From Octopus vulgaris (taxonomy: Eukaryota): a stretch of 64,000 nucleotides of DNA. Location: the NCBI GenBank assembly GCA_951406725.2, contig OX597816.1:117366001-117430000 (forward strand). The letters are read 5' to 3'. The notes under the pieces are model-generated. The model did no database searches. It was not told where the DNA came from and was given only the letters and a program-made list of their open reading frames with translations. The translations under genes were made by a program, and so were the position numbers. The number at the start of each line of letters is the position of its first letter. Position 1 is the stretch's first letter. Shown one piece after another: positions 53,720-64,000 of this stretch.

Positions 53720-53935
53720 AAGGTGGTGAGGTGGTGGAATTGTTAGCATGCTGAGCAAAATGCTTAGTGGCATTTTGTCTGTCTTTACATTCTGCATTCA
53801 AATTCTATCAAGTTCAACTTTACCTTTCATCCTATCAGAGTTGATAAAATAAGTACCAGTTGAGTGCTGGGGTCAATGTAACTGACTACCCCATCCCCCA
53901 AACTTGCTGGCCTTATACTAAAATTTAAAACCAAT
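53720..53935 (+). mobile_element. tRNA-derived SINE of the same family, inverted relative to 53476-53691
   Basis: GGTGGTGAGGTGG...TTAGCATGCTG...AAATGCTTAGTGG...CTTTCATCCT...GATAAAATAAGTACCAGTTG. Confidence 0.8.
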
Positions 53936-54599
53936 ATTATTACTTAGTGCTCTGTTCTGTAGTTTGCAATGCAATTTCTTTGGCATTTTTCTAAAACTAC
54001 TGCTTTTCCTGAATTCCAGTTATCTTTTTTTCAGAAAGGTAGTTGAAATGGTTTTTCAATTTGACATCCTTTATTGAAATGTTAGAGAAATTGACACATG
54101 TCTCTTCTATTTTTTAACCTGCTGATTAGTTGCTATATTAGAAAATTCAAATAAAACTGAAGACATTGGCTTACCTATTACCCATGAATTCAGGCATGTC
54201 TGAATTCTATAGTATGGAGTTTGTAAGATTTACAATAACTAGTTAGAGTTCCAAAAGTTTGAAATTTTTAACTAGTTCAGAGCCACAGAGCTTACTATTG
54301 TGAGCTATTACTTGGAATTTACAATCATTGCTTCATCCTCTAAAAAGTGCAATTTTTAGTTAGTAATTCACACTGAATGTAATGCAAACTGAACATCAGA
54401 GAATATTGAAGTGTTAGGTGGCTATAAGGAAAAATTTTCATCATTCTGCATTTAAGCATGGTACTGCACTAGACATTTTAGGTTATAGTGTGTGAAAAAT
54501 ATTTATCTGGATTATATTTTCATCCTTTATGATTATGAAAAAAGAAAATATGACTAGGAAAGCAGGAAATCATTTGAAGACAACATGCTCACTATGTAA

Positions 54600-55000
54600 A
54601 TGAATGGTATGGTTCTTCTTATGATTAATGTAATACACTTTCATTTGGTTGTATCTATAAGTAAAACTAACCATGGTCATACAGTGATGTATAACAACTT
54701 CATGATTGTCTCTTTCAATGTGTGACACTGTGATATTGTGTGGGCAAATTTTGGAATGTATATACTCATATTTATTTGATGAGGGTAGAGATGCAGTTAT
54801 AGGGAATTCTGATTGTTATGCACTCATGTTGCAAATTTCTTTTTTCTTGAATTGAATATGGCATTAGAGTAAGAGCTTCCATGTGCATGTTTCGAAATGT
54901 TTACTGATAATGTCATCATCTGGTGTAGTGACATACCATGGCTTGCCAGATTGCTTGACATTTCTGTTTGTCAAATAGCTGTGCACACAGGGTGACCTGA
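54600..55000 (+). mobile_element. very degraded Tc1/mariner (DD41D/rosa-like) fragment
   Basis: DIPWLARLLDISVC resembles WPARSPDLxxxD; upstream VIL-W...YLFDE pattern. Confidence 0.35.
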
Positions 55001-56059
55001 AAGTTGTTATTTATTGGAAAATTGTGGCAGTACCTCAAGACATGCGGTGATGTATAATGTATACTGGATAAACGTAAAGTTGATGTTTGTTAGGGAACTA
55101 TAACAGTACTTCAAGATATAACATGATGTGCAATGTACAACTTCAAGTATGTATATGAAACAGTAGGAAGTGTTATTTTCAAGACTTAATGAATGCTTAC
55201 TTATATATTAGTTATATGTTTATAAATGGCAACAATCATTTTCCATTATTCTGTACATTTAGATGATAAAAGTTGTTAATATCCTATATTTGTCAACATT
55301 GTTTTCATTTAAAACTTAATGGTTTTAAATGAACACAATGTTTGACTAATATAAGATGGACCTTACATGTGTGTGTGTGTGCATGCACCCCCCTCCCAGC
55401 AACTATCTGTTCCTATCTCCTCTCTGTTTTCCTCCTCTCCTTTTCTTCATTCCTAACAACCTCATCCGATTCCCACTCCCAAATATTTGACCTCATCTCT
55501 TCTTTTTCTTATTTCTTGACTGTATTATTTCTGCAAACATTTGTTTTTTCTTATTCTGTTCTTCTGGCCTCACCACTCATTTTAACTCACATCTGTGGTG
55601 ATTTAATTTGGGAATCCCAAATGACAATGTAACCTTCATGTAATTAAGATATTCTGATGAATAGCTTATCTGAGTACCCCCCTGCTAAGTAATTATTACA
55701 TCAGAGGATTAGCTAGCTAAGAAATATATGTAGCCTGGATTTTACCTATTCCACTCCTTCAATTTGGATTTTTGTTCTTATTCAGAGCAACTCTAATTGC
55801 TAACTGTAAGCTATACAGAAACTTTCAGCATATCAAATTTCCTTGTAACTTTGATATAAGAAAAAGCATGTAACCTTCAATGCCAATAAATTGTTATTTT
55901 TCCTGACTATATACTGTCCACTTTTTGTTTTCTGCCATGGAATGCTTGAAGCTTACAAGCTTCATACACTAGAATTCCTGGATCTTATCTTTATCTATTG
56001 ATATATATATATATATATATATCTTCACACATTATATTTATTACTTTTGCTATTTTCAG

Positions 56060-56143
56060 ATATTTCAACCTCCATTTTTTGTCTCAGTTGACCATAAAAA
56101 TACTGCTGTGGTGATTGCTGTTAGAGGTACCTTGTCATTTCAG
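56060..56143 (+). CDS. DAGLB: DAGLB coding exon 7
   Basis: IFQPPFFVSVDHKNTAVVIAVRGTLSFQ (lipase_3 RGT motif); phase 0 to 0. Confidence 0.95.
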
Positions 56144-57291
56144 GTAAATATTAATTTATCTTTAATCTGGAATATACTGAATAACTTGACTTTCTGTAAA
56201 TGTCAATAATTCATTAATGTCTTCTTTTCTCTGCATTCATCATGTGTTCACAATAAAATGCTTTTCTTAAATGTGTAAGAACACTTTTTCTTTTAAATTT
56301 ATTGACAATAGTTTCATAAATTGGTTTTTGTATCTCTACTTATTATTAAGTAATATAGGGGCATGTGCTGTAACAGTGTGTCACTGCATCTACCATATGT
56401 TGATCCCCTACTCCTGGTGGACGATACCTTTGTACCAATTAGATGACAACCCTCCAATCCATGGGTCTGCATGGGTAGTTTTTGCTGGTGGCATTTTACG
56501 AGGTCGGAGTGCAAATCCTACCTCAACTTCTTTTAGTTTTCTTTTAAGACATGCATTTGAGACACTGGGTCTCTCCTTTGGCATACTGGTTCTCGCATAG
56601 CATTTTGTGTGGAAATTGGAATGCCAAAGGAATTGTTGAAAATTCAATTTAATTGAATGAATCAAAGGTGCTTGGTGGGACTGAACTTGAAACCACATGG
56701 TTGAGAAGCAAACTTCTTCACCATATTCCTGAAGAAGGAATTTTTGCATTCTGAAATATTATTTTTTATATCAGACTGGATAATTATAACAGTCATTATA
56801 GTCCATTCTGCATTGTTTTGCCATTCAAAACACATTATATTTTACCTATAAGAATGGTTTTGAATCAGTACATTAAATCTGGGACCTGTAACTACCTGTT
56901 CCTCATAAAGAGAAAAAAAAGAAGACTCATTCTCTTTGAATTTTGAGAGGACTCCCACCTCCTGGGGCTGAAAAGCAGTCTTGTTCCACTTTACTAAATT
57001 TCTATTAAAGGCCCTGAGTATTGTTGCCATGGTAAAATGTCAGTGCATTATATAAAGTGACTAGCAAATTAGTGGCAATAATCTTCTTTAGTACTAGTAC
57101 CATGATAGAATGCATGCTGTAAACTTTGTAAAGGGATTGATGTTAGGAAATGCATTGAGCTGGTGAAACCAAGCTGAAAATGAAAAGTGATTGTAAAATG
57201 ATAATGATGATGATAAATTTTGCATGAAAGAACAATTGTTATTCTTGCGAAATTGTACATATTGATTAATTAATTAAATTAACCAATACTA

Positions 57292-58568
57292 TCAGATTGA
57301 GTAAAAAGTAAGCAATGCTTTGAATTGTGAAGAATTTGTACCAGATGTTTGCAGACTTTTGAATTTTTTAAAAACATTTTTTGCAGTTATCTGATAATAC
57401 AGACATAGACTTGCCCTAATGCATCAATAAATTAACATTGATATTTTTTTCACTGTTGTTACAATCATCTGAAATGGAACTGCCAAAGTACAATATTTGA
57501 GCAATTTTGCTATTCAACTTCAAAAAATGGACGTAAAGCAGCTGAAACTACTTGTGATATCAACGAAACATTTAGTGAGGAAATGACCAGTGAGTGGTCA
57601 GCTTGAAAATGGTTTAAACGATTTCACAGTGGAGACCTGAGCCTTGAAGATTGTGAGCATAATGGACGCCTATCTGTCATTGATGATGATCAATTAAAGA
57701 CCATCATTGAGAAAGATTCACGTAAAACCACCTGAGAATTGGCAGAACTTCAAGTTAACCAGAAAACTGCCTGCAACCGTTTGCATGCAATCAGAAAATC
57801 AAAGAAGCTTGACAAATGGGTACCACACCATTTGAATGAAAATCAGAAAATGTGCAGATATGAAATTTGCTTGTTGTTTCTTTTCCATAACCAGACTGAT
57901 CCATCTCTTGGCCATATTGTAACTTGTGATGAAAAGTGGATTCTGTACAATAATAAAGAATGTTCTTCACAGTGGTTGGATCAAAATAAAGCACCAAAAA
58001 CCTTTCCTAAACCTGAGCTCTTCAAAAAGACTATGGTGATTGTTTGGTGGTGTACTGCTGGACTCATCCACTATAACTTCTTAAAACCTGGAAAAACCAT
58101 TACTGCAGAAACATCTTACCATGTAATTGCCAAAATGAACAAAAAACTGCTACTCCTCTATCCCAGACTGGTCAACTGAAGAGGGCCAATCATTCTTCAT
58201 GACAATGCTCAACCACATGTTTCACTAATGACACTCCAGAAGTTAAGGGAACTTGGCTATGAAGTTCTTCCCCACCCAGCTTATTCCCCAGACCTTTCTC
58301 CTACTGACTACCACTTTTTTAAACACCTTGATGGTTTCCTGCAAGAGAAGGAGTTCAAAAATCAAACCAATGTTGAAAGTGCATTCAAAGAGTTCACCAA
58401 CTTCAGAACTCCAGATTTTTATGTTACTGGAATAAACAAACTTGTAACTCATTGGCAAAAATGTGTTGATTGTAATGGTACTTATATTGATGAATAAAAC
58501 TTCTGCATTGTTGAAATATTTTGTGATGAATTTCATGTTTCAAAACTTTTACTTTTTACTCAGCCTGA
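57292..58568 (+). mobile_element. near full-length mariner (DD34D), disrupted transposase
   Basis: TIRs TCAGATTGAGTAAAAAGTAA / TTACTTTTTACTCAGCCTGA; WVPHHL, VTCDEKW, HDNA, YSPDLSPTDY. Confidence 0.92.
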
Positions 58569-58608
58569 TCGATGTCTTTAATAACATCAGTTATTTCTAC
58601 ATGTATAT

Positions 58609-58838
58609 GTTTCTTTATTACCCACAAGGGGCTAAACATAGAGGGGACAAACAAGGTCAGACAAACGAATTAAGTCGATTACATCGACCCCAGTGCGTAA
58701 CTGGTACTTAATTTATTGACCCCGAAAGGATGAAAGGCAAAGTCGACCTCAGCGGAATTTGAACTCAGAACGTAACGGCAGACGAAATACGGCTACGCAT
58801 TTCGCCCGGCATGCTAACGGTTCTGTCAGCTCGCCGCC
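58609..58838 (-). mobile_element. young tRNA-derived SINE with 14-bp TSD
   Basis: TSD TTCTACATGTATAT (58595-58608, 58839-58852); head GGCGGCGAGCTG...GAGTTCAAATTCC; CpGs retained. Confidence 0.9.
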
Positions 58839-59531
58839 TTCTACATGTATATATGTGTGCACATGTATAACTAATTTCCAATATTTTTTAAAAAGCAAAA
58901 ATCATTCAATGTTTGTTTATAATCTTTTTGTTCAAAATTTTTCATTTAAATGCAGTGTTATGGTGAAGAAGAAACTAGTTATATTTAGATGATAAAATGT
59001 TTTGATAAATGATTGAGAACAGATAAATGAGTAAAATGGTAATTTAACTGTTCAATGAAAATTTAATGTTAGCATGTCTCTTGACATTTTAGACAATATT
59101 GCTCTTCAAAAATTTGTCATGTTAATTATTCTGAAAACTAAATGTCACATCAACAAACATTTAAAAAGTTATTTCCTACACTTACATTAATTCACTTGAC
59201 ATTTTACACTATGTATTATATATTATTTTGTTGATATCTTCTAACTATTGTTGCTATATCATCAAAATATTAACACTACATTTAAATATTTATTTGAAAA
59301 ATTTACCCATAGTTTTGAAAATCTGAGTCAAAGTTCAATAATTTTTGAAATTGTGAAATCCATTACAGATAATTCAATATTGAAATTCATTTTTTTTTTC
59401 ATGTATGTCAGTGATCTAAATTCATGATGATGGCTTTTAAGTTCAGTTTTTCCTCATTTGCATCAGTTAGAAAGGTTTTTCAAAATGATCACTGTTCAGT
59501 TGCTCTTGTTTTTAACTATTCTTTCTGTTAA

Positions 59532-59753
59532 CCCATTTGTTACTATATTCCTATTGAAACAGGCTGTCTTTGTTTCAATTATTTTTTATAATAACGAAGA
59601 ATTTGTTAAAATAACTTTGTCATTATTATACTGATGTTTGGAACATAAATTAACATGAGATTTTGCTGGAAGGTTTTAATTTCGATCACTTTAAAACATG
59701 AAGTTTGTATCATAGAATCATAGATGGCTTCAAGTGGGTTTGTATCAAAAGGG
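59532..59753. mobile_element. piggyBac-type MITE
   Basis: TTAA|CCCATTTGTTAC ... GTATCAAAAGGG|TTTA. Confidence 0.55.
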
Positions 59754-60666
59754 TTTACTCCAGTTTTCATATTTCACTTCTCCAGCTTACTTTTATGTTT
59801 CTTATGTTGCTTGTTTCATGTGCAGTTTCACTTTTGAGATATTCATTGCACTCTAGACATATTCATCACAATCAGCCTTTATATTCATCATTTTAGATCA
59901 ATAATAAGACACTCTCAGTTGCCTTGAGTGTAATATTGCATCAGTTCTTTTGAATATTTTTTTAAAGAAATGAAAACACTGAAGGGAGTTATATTAAATT
60001 GGGCTATCAAATCTACTAGTATTTCAATTAATATTTTGGCAATACATTCAATTCTGTGTCTCATTTCTTCTAGCTATATCAAGAAATATTATATACAATA
60101 AATTAGTATGCTATCAAGATATAGATCTTTCTCAGTGATCATTTTGGATTTTGAAGGAAAAACATGCGATAGTGTATATGTATAAATTTTTATACATAGG
60201 GAAATTTAGAGAGCATGGTGATTTAACTGTACTGAAACTAGCAATGAGACTCTGATCTAGGTCTATATGTTCATTCTAAATTATAGCCTTATTAGTGTTC
60301 AAGAACAAGATTAAAATTACTTTCCTAAATGTCTGAGATGAGTTTTGTTAATGGGATTATAATTTTTCAGATTACTAAGCCTTGATTTTAGAGATAAATT
60401 TCTAAAAAATATTTACATCATAGCTACACTCCTTTTTGATCAATTTGTTCTCTGATCTTCATCAGGTGTTTTATTCCTTTAAGTGAGCAAAGTACCAGAC
60501 TGAATTTAAACAGGAGCCTTTATTTCTAAACTACACACATCAGTGACCTAGTGGATAAGTATATCATTCTTTGATGTAGAAAAACAGGTTCTTCAGTCAA
60601 AGTTAGTTTGTCACTATGTACACAAGCAAGAATAAGATCACCAAACTGATCAGAACATAGTGTAGA

Positions 60667-61620
60667 TCATCATCATCGTTTAATGTTTGCTTTCCATACT
60701 GGCATAGGTTGGAGAGTTTGACATGGAGCTGGCCAGACTCCAATTGTCTGTTGTGGCATGGTTTCTATGGCTGGATACCCTCCCTAATGCCAACCACTTA
60801 ACAGAGTGTGCTGGGTGCTTTTTACATGCCACTGACACAGGTGCATTTACACAGCACTGGCATGGGTACATTTATGCAGCACTAGCATGGATGTGGTTAT
60901 GCAACACCAGTACAGGTACTTTTTATGTGGCACAAGCTCCTGAAAGGACAAGCCTGTATGTGTGGAAGATAGCACTTAGCTTGATGCATCTTATCAAGTA
61001 GAGCAAATTGCCACATCTCCCGATCTTTTGTCATTTCCTCAGTGAGGTCCAGGGTCTGAAGATCCTCCACGTCTTCCTGGGTCTACCCCTTCCACAGGTA
61101 CCTTGCACAATTAGAGCTCAGTACTTCTTTATGCAGCTGTTCTCATCCAAATGCATCACATGACCAAACCAGAACAGTCATCTTTCTTGCACACAACATC
61201 TGATGCCTCATATACCCAGTTTTCCTCTTAAATCATTTACACTCTTTTGTGTATGCACAGACATTGCCCATCTAGTAGAGCATGCTAGCTTCATTTCTTT
61301 CAAGCCTATGCAAGTCCTCTGTAGTCAAAGCCTATGTTTCACTGGTATGTAACATAGCTGTATGTACACAGGCATCATACAATTTGCTTTTCATTCTGAG
61401 GGAGAGGCCCTAAGTTACCAACAAAGATAGAAGCTCTCTGAACTTCGCCCAGCCTGTTCTTATTCTAGAAACTACACTTTCAGAACTTCCTCCACTACTG
61501 CTAACTTGATCTCTTAGGTAATAGAAGCTATCTACCACTTCTAATGATCCCCTTGAGCATTTAAGGGAGTCTATTGCCTGCACATTTTTAGTGCTTATTG
61601 TCCCTGCACATTTGCTGAGC
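60667..61620 (-). mobile_element. 3' fragment of an RTE LINE
   Basis: (CAT)n tail; 61080-61610 colinear with 36000-36530. Confidence 0.75.
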
Positions 61621-62195
61621 TTAATATTCCAAACAATTATAATTTAAATACTTTCTTACATATATTTTGAATCTCTTTGTTTCCTTTAGAGGATATTCAT
61701 AAATTCATCAGCCATCAGGCAAGTAATTGGTTTGATGATAATTTCCCAAAACAGAACTGACCAATGATAAATGTTCAAAGAGAAGTTAGATTTGTTATTG
61801 ATGATGCTGTGTAATTCCAAGTCGTTTTTATTTGAGCAAACCTATGGTACATAGGCAGTTGGTTGAAAATTGTTTAGTTCACTGATCAATAGTTTTGGAT
61901 ATCTCATCCTTCCATAATAAGCTAAAGTTTGAGGGAGATTTGGCTAATGATTGCCTATCAACTTCCTTGTTGGCTCAGATGAGATTGGTGTGAAATATGG
62001 AACTGGAGATATATTGTATTCTAACCATTTTTTAAATTTAAGAATGAGCATTAGGGATACAATTCAGGAGGTTGACTATGTAGTTAATGAAATATAACTA
62101 AATGTCATGGTAGTTATTATTAAGAACTAATTAAGACCGAGCCTCTAAGAGTTACTGAATAAAATAACCAAAAATAAGGAAAGAATGACAGAAGA

Positions 62196-62305
62196 TCCTA
62201 TCAATCCATTTAACATATAAAAGTGATAATAATTTAAATCCAGTATCGATAATTCTATCAATTCATTTAACATGTAAAAGTGACAATAACTTAAATCCAA
62301 TATCA
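62196..62305. repeat. two copies of a 57-bp tandem unit
   Basis: CTATCAAT.CATTTAACAT.TAAAAGTGA.AATAA.TTAAATCCA.TATC twice. Confidence 0.75.
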
Positions 62306-62548
62306 GTACAGACTTAAAATTATGATATGAAATATTTGATCCCTATTTTGTTTGAAATGAAGTTACAGTTGGTAACAGTTGAATGTCTTCTCTTATTCTT
62401 GTAATTTTATGTTGATCTCTTTTTAATTTGTTGTTTAGTTATGTCACAATATTCACTACATGACACTCTATTCACTTGAATTCATTTTGGAAATAGTCCA
62501 CATTCACTTGCATGTTACATTTATTGAATGTTGTTGTCTCCTCTCTAG

Positions 62549-62704
62549 GATGCACTTACTGATTTAACAGCAAATACTGAAAAGATGTTTGACTCAGGAG
62601 ATCCTGAGTTTTGCTGTCACAAAGGTATCTTGCAAGCAGCACGTTACATTCGTGATGAACTTGAATTTCATTCTCTCATAGAAAGAGGCTTTCAGAAAAC
62701 AGGT
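62549..62704 (+). CDS. DAGLB: DAGLB coding exon 8
   Basis: DALTDLTANTEKMFDSGDPEFCCHKGILQAARYIRDEL...; HKG lipase motif; phase 0 to 0; absent from the ORF track. Confidence 0.93.
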
Positions 62705-63264
62705 GTAAGTTTCTTCTCATTCTGTTTTTTTTTACCTGCAAATATTTATATTTGTGCTTAGTTTCGTATTTAACTTATCAAAAATAATTATGGGCCATGT
62801 ATGTTGTCTTATCACTTTCATTCTGCTAGTAGCACACAATATATTGTTTTATTACATATTGGCATATATGTATGGCATATCCTTTGTATAGACATATATA
62901 CAGAAATACATCTTCTTTCCCTTTTTTTTATTTTACAAGAAGAAGAGAAAATGTCGCATTAAGTCAAGGATTAAAGATTAAAGAAGAAAAATTCATATTT
63001 TTCTTAAAAGTTTATTTACTACAGCTTTTCCACCATCTTCAGGTGTGTTTCTGAATGTTGCCTATGTTAATGTAACTTTGTGAGTAATCTCCCTTAAGTT
63101 TATAAGGAATTTCTACTTCCACAAATATTTAGTTCATTGGAGCAATATTTTATAACTGCTTCATAGTTTGAAATAGAATATAAAATTATGACAAATGTTC
63201 AATATCATATAGATACATTAGAATATAACTAATATAACTGTGATTTATTTGCTATTTGTTTCAG

Positions 63265-63392
63265 AACCAGAAGATCGTTGTCACTGGACATAGCTTAGGA
63301 GCTGGTACAGCTGCCATTCTTGCTATTCTCTTGAAAGAAAAATATAATGATGTCTACTGCTTTGCTTATGCTCCACCTGGTGGCCTTTTGTG
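63265..63392 (+). CDS. DAGLB: DAGLB coding exon 9 (catalytic serine); gene continues beyond the window
   Basis: NQKIVVTGHSLGAGTAAILAILL...CFAYAPPGGLL; GxSxG nucleophile elbow; probable GTTTGT donor, phase 2. Confidence 0.93.
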
Positions 63393-64000
63393 GTTTGTAT
63401 TAAAATATTCTTTACATTCCTTATTATTTTCTTTTCTTACACATTTCTTTCTTTCAATAAAGACACTTATTGAAATGAAGGCAAGTGAGGATCTGTGTTT
63501 TGATATTAGAAAATATTCTCAGCTAAGGATATGAGGTAACTGAGTGGAGAGTTAATATAGTTGATATTCAGTTTGAAATGTTGAAAGTTAATTGTCAGGA
63601 ACCAAATGTGGTGAATTTTAGAAAGTGCAGTTAGTGGAAGGCAGATATTGGATAAGCTATTAAGTATGATGGAGGAGGTATTGAGAGGACAAGACATTGT
63701 AGGAAGTATGAGAAGAAAAGTATGTCTGTCAAATATGTCTATCAAATAAGGTAGGTATACTTTTCTAGATGTGAACAGTATTCTTGTATAGGAGGTATTT
63801 CTATGTGAGTAAGGTTCACAGCTTTCAAGACAAGCATTTTCTGTTTTAGAAAAGCCATAGTGATGCTCATGCTTTTACTAGTCATATGTTCAAATGTTCA
63901 GAATAATGTTAGATATGGGTAGGTGGGCTGTTTAAAGTTCACAATTGTATTACATGGGTATGATGTCCATTGGCATTATGGTGATTCTCTTTCATTTTGG

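Noticed and set aside
56271-56749. Overlapping 109-aa and 113-aa ORFs in intron 7
   Set aside because: No lipase similarity; exon 7 joins exon 8 in frame without them; probably a retroelement UTR fragment plus SINE
25859-63392. Assignment as DAGLA
   Set aside because: The N-terminus (VLFxRRW...DDLVFPG..E...R) fits DAGLB better; the C-terminal tail that would settle it is outside the window
1-64000. Prokaryotic-style systems (CRISPR array, operon, defence island)
   Set aside because: Spliced eukaryotic gene plus transposons; no regularly spaced repeat-spacer array seen

Overview
AT-rich, repeat-dense eukaryotic DNA. The repeat families (tRNA-derived SINEs, RTE tails ending in (CAT)n, (TA)n-associated elements) suggest an octopus or other coleoid cephalopod; this is an inference. 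One host gene is well supported: the 5' part of a diacylglycerol lipase beta orthologue (DAGLB, + strand). It has nine coding exons between 25859 and 63392, read by hand with consistent GT-AG phases (about 503 codons), includes the GHSLG nucleophile motif, and continues beyond the window. The rest is mostly transposon debris: a young Buster/Charlie hAT with an open 589-aa transposase and perfect 8-bp TSD nested in a CR1-type LINE, several mariner/Tc1 relics, RTE and R4/Dong LINE relics, two Helitrons, MITEs and many SINEs. Three signals stand out. (i) Several unrelated short elements carry degenerate minimal hammerhead ribozyme cores of the Penelope type, including a tRNA-headed SINE-like composite at 3910-4229. 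(ii) A non-coding LTR element with a tRNA-Trp-like PBS and asymmetric LTRs is framed by a 288-bp flanking duplication. (iii) Inverted-repeat pairs inside DAGLB introns could form ADAR substrates. All calls are by eye; no database searches were run.
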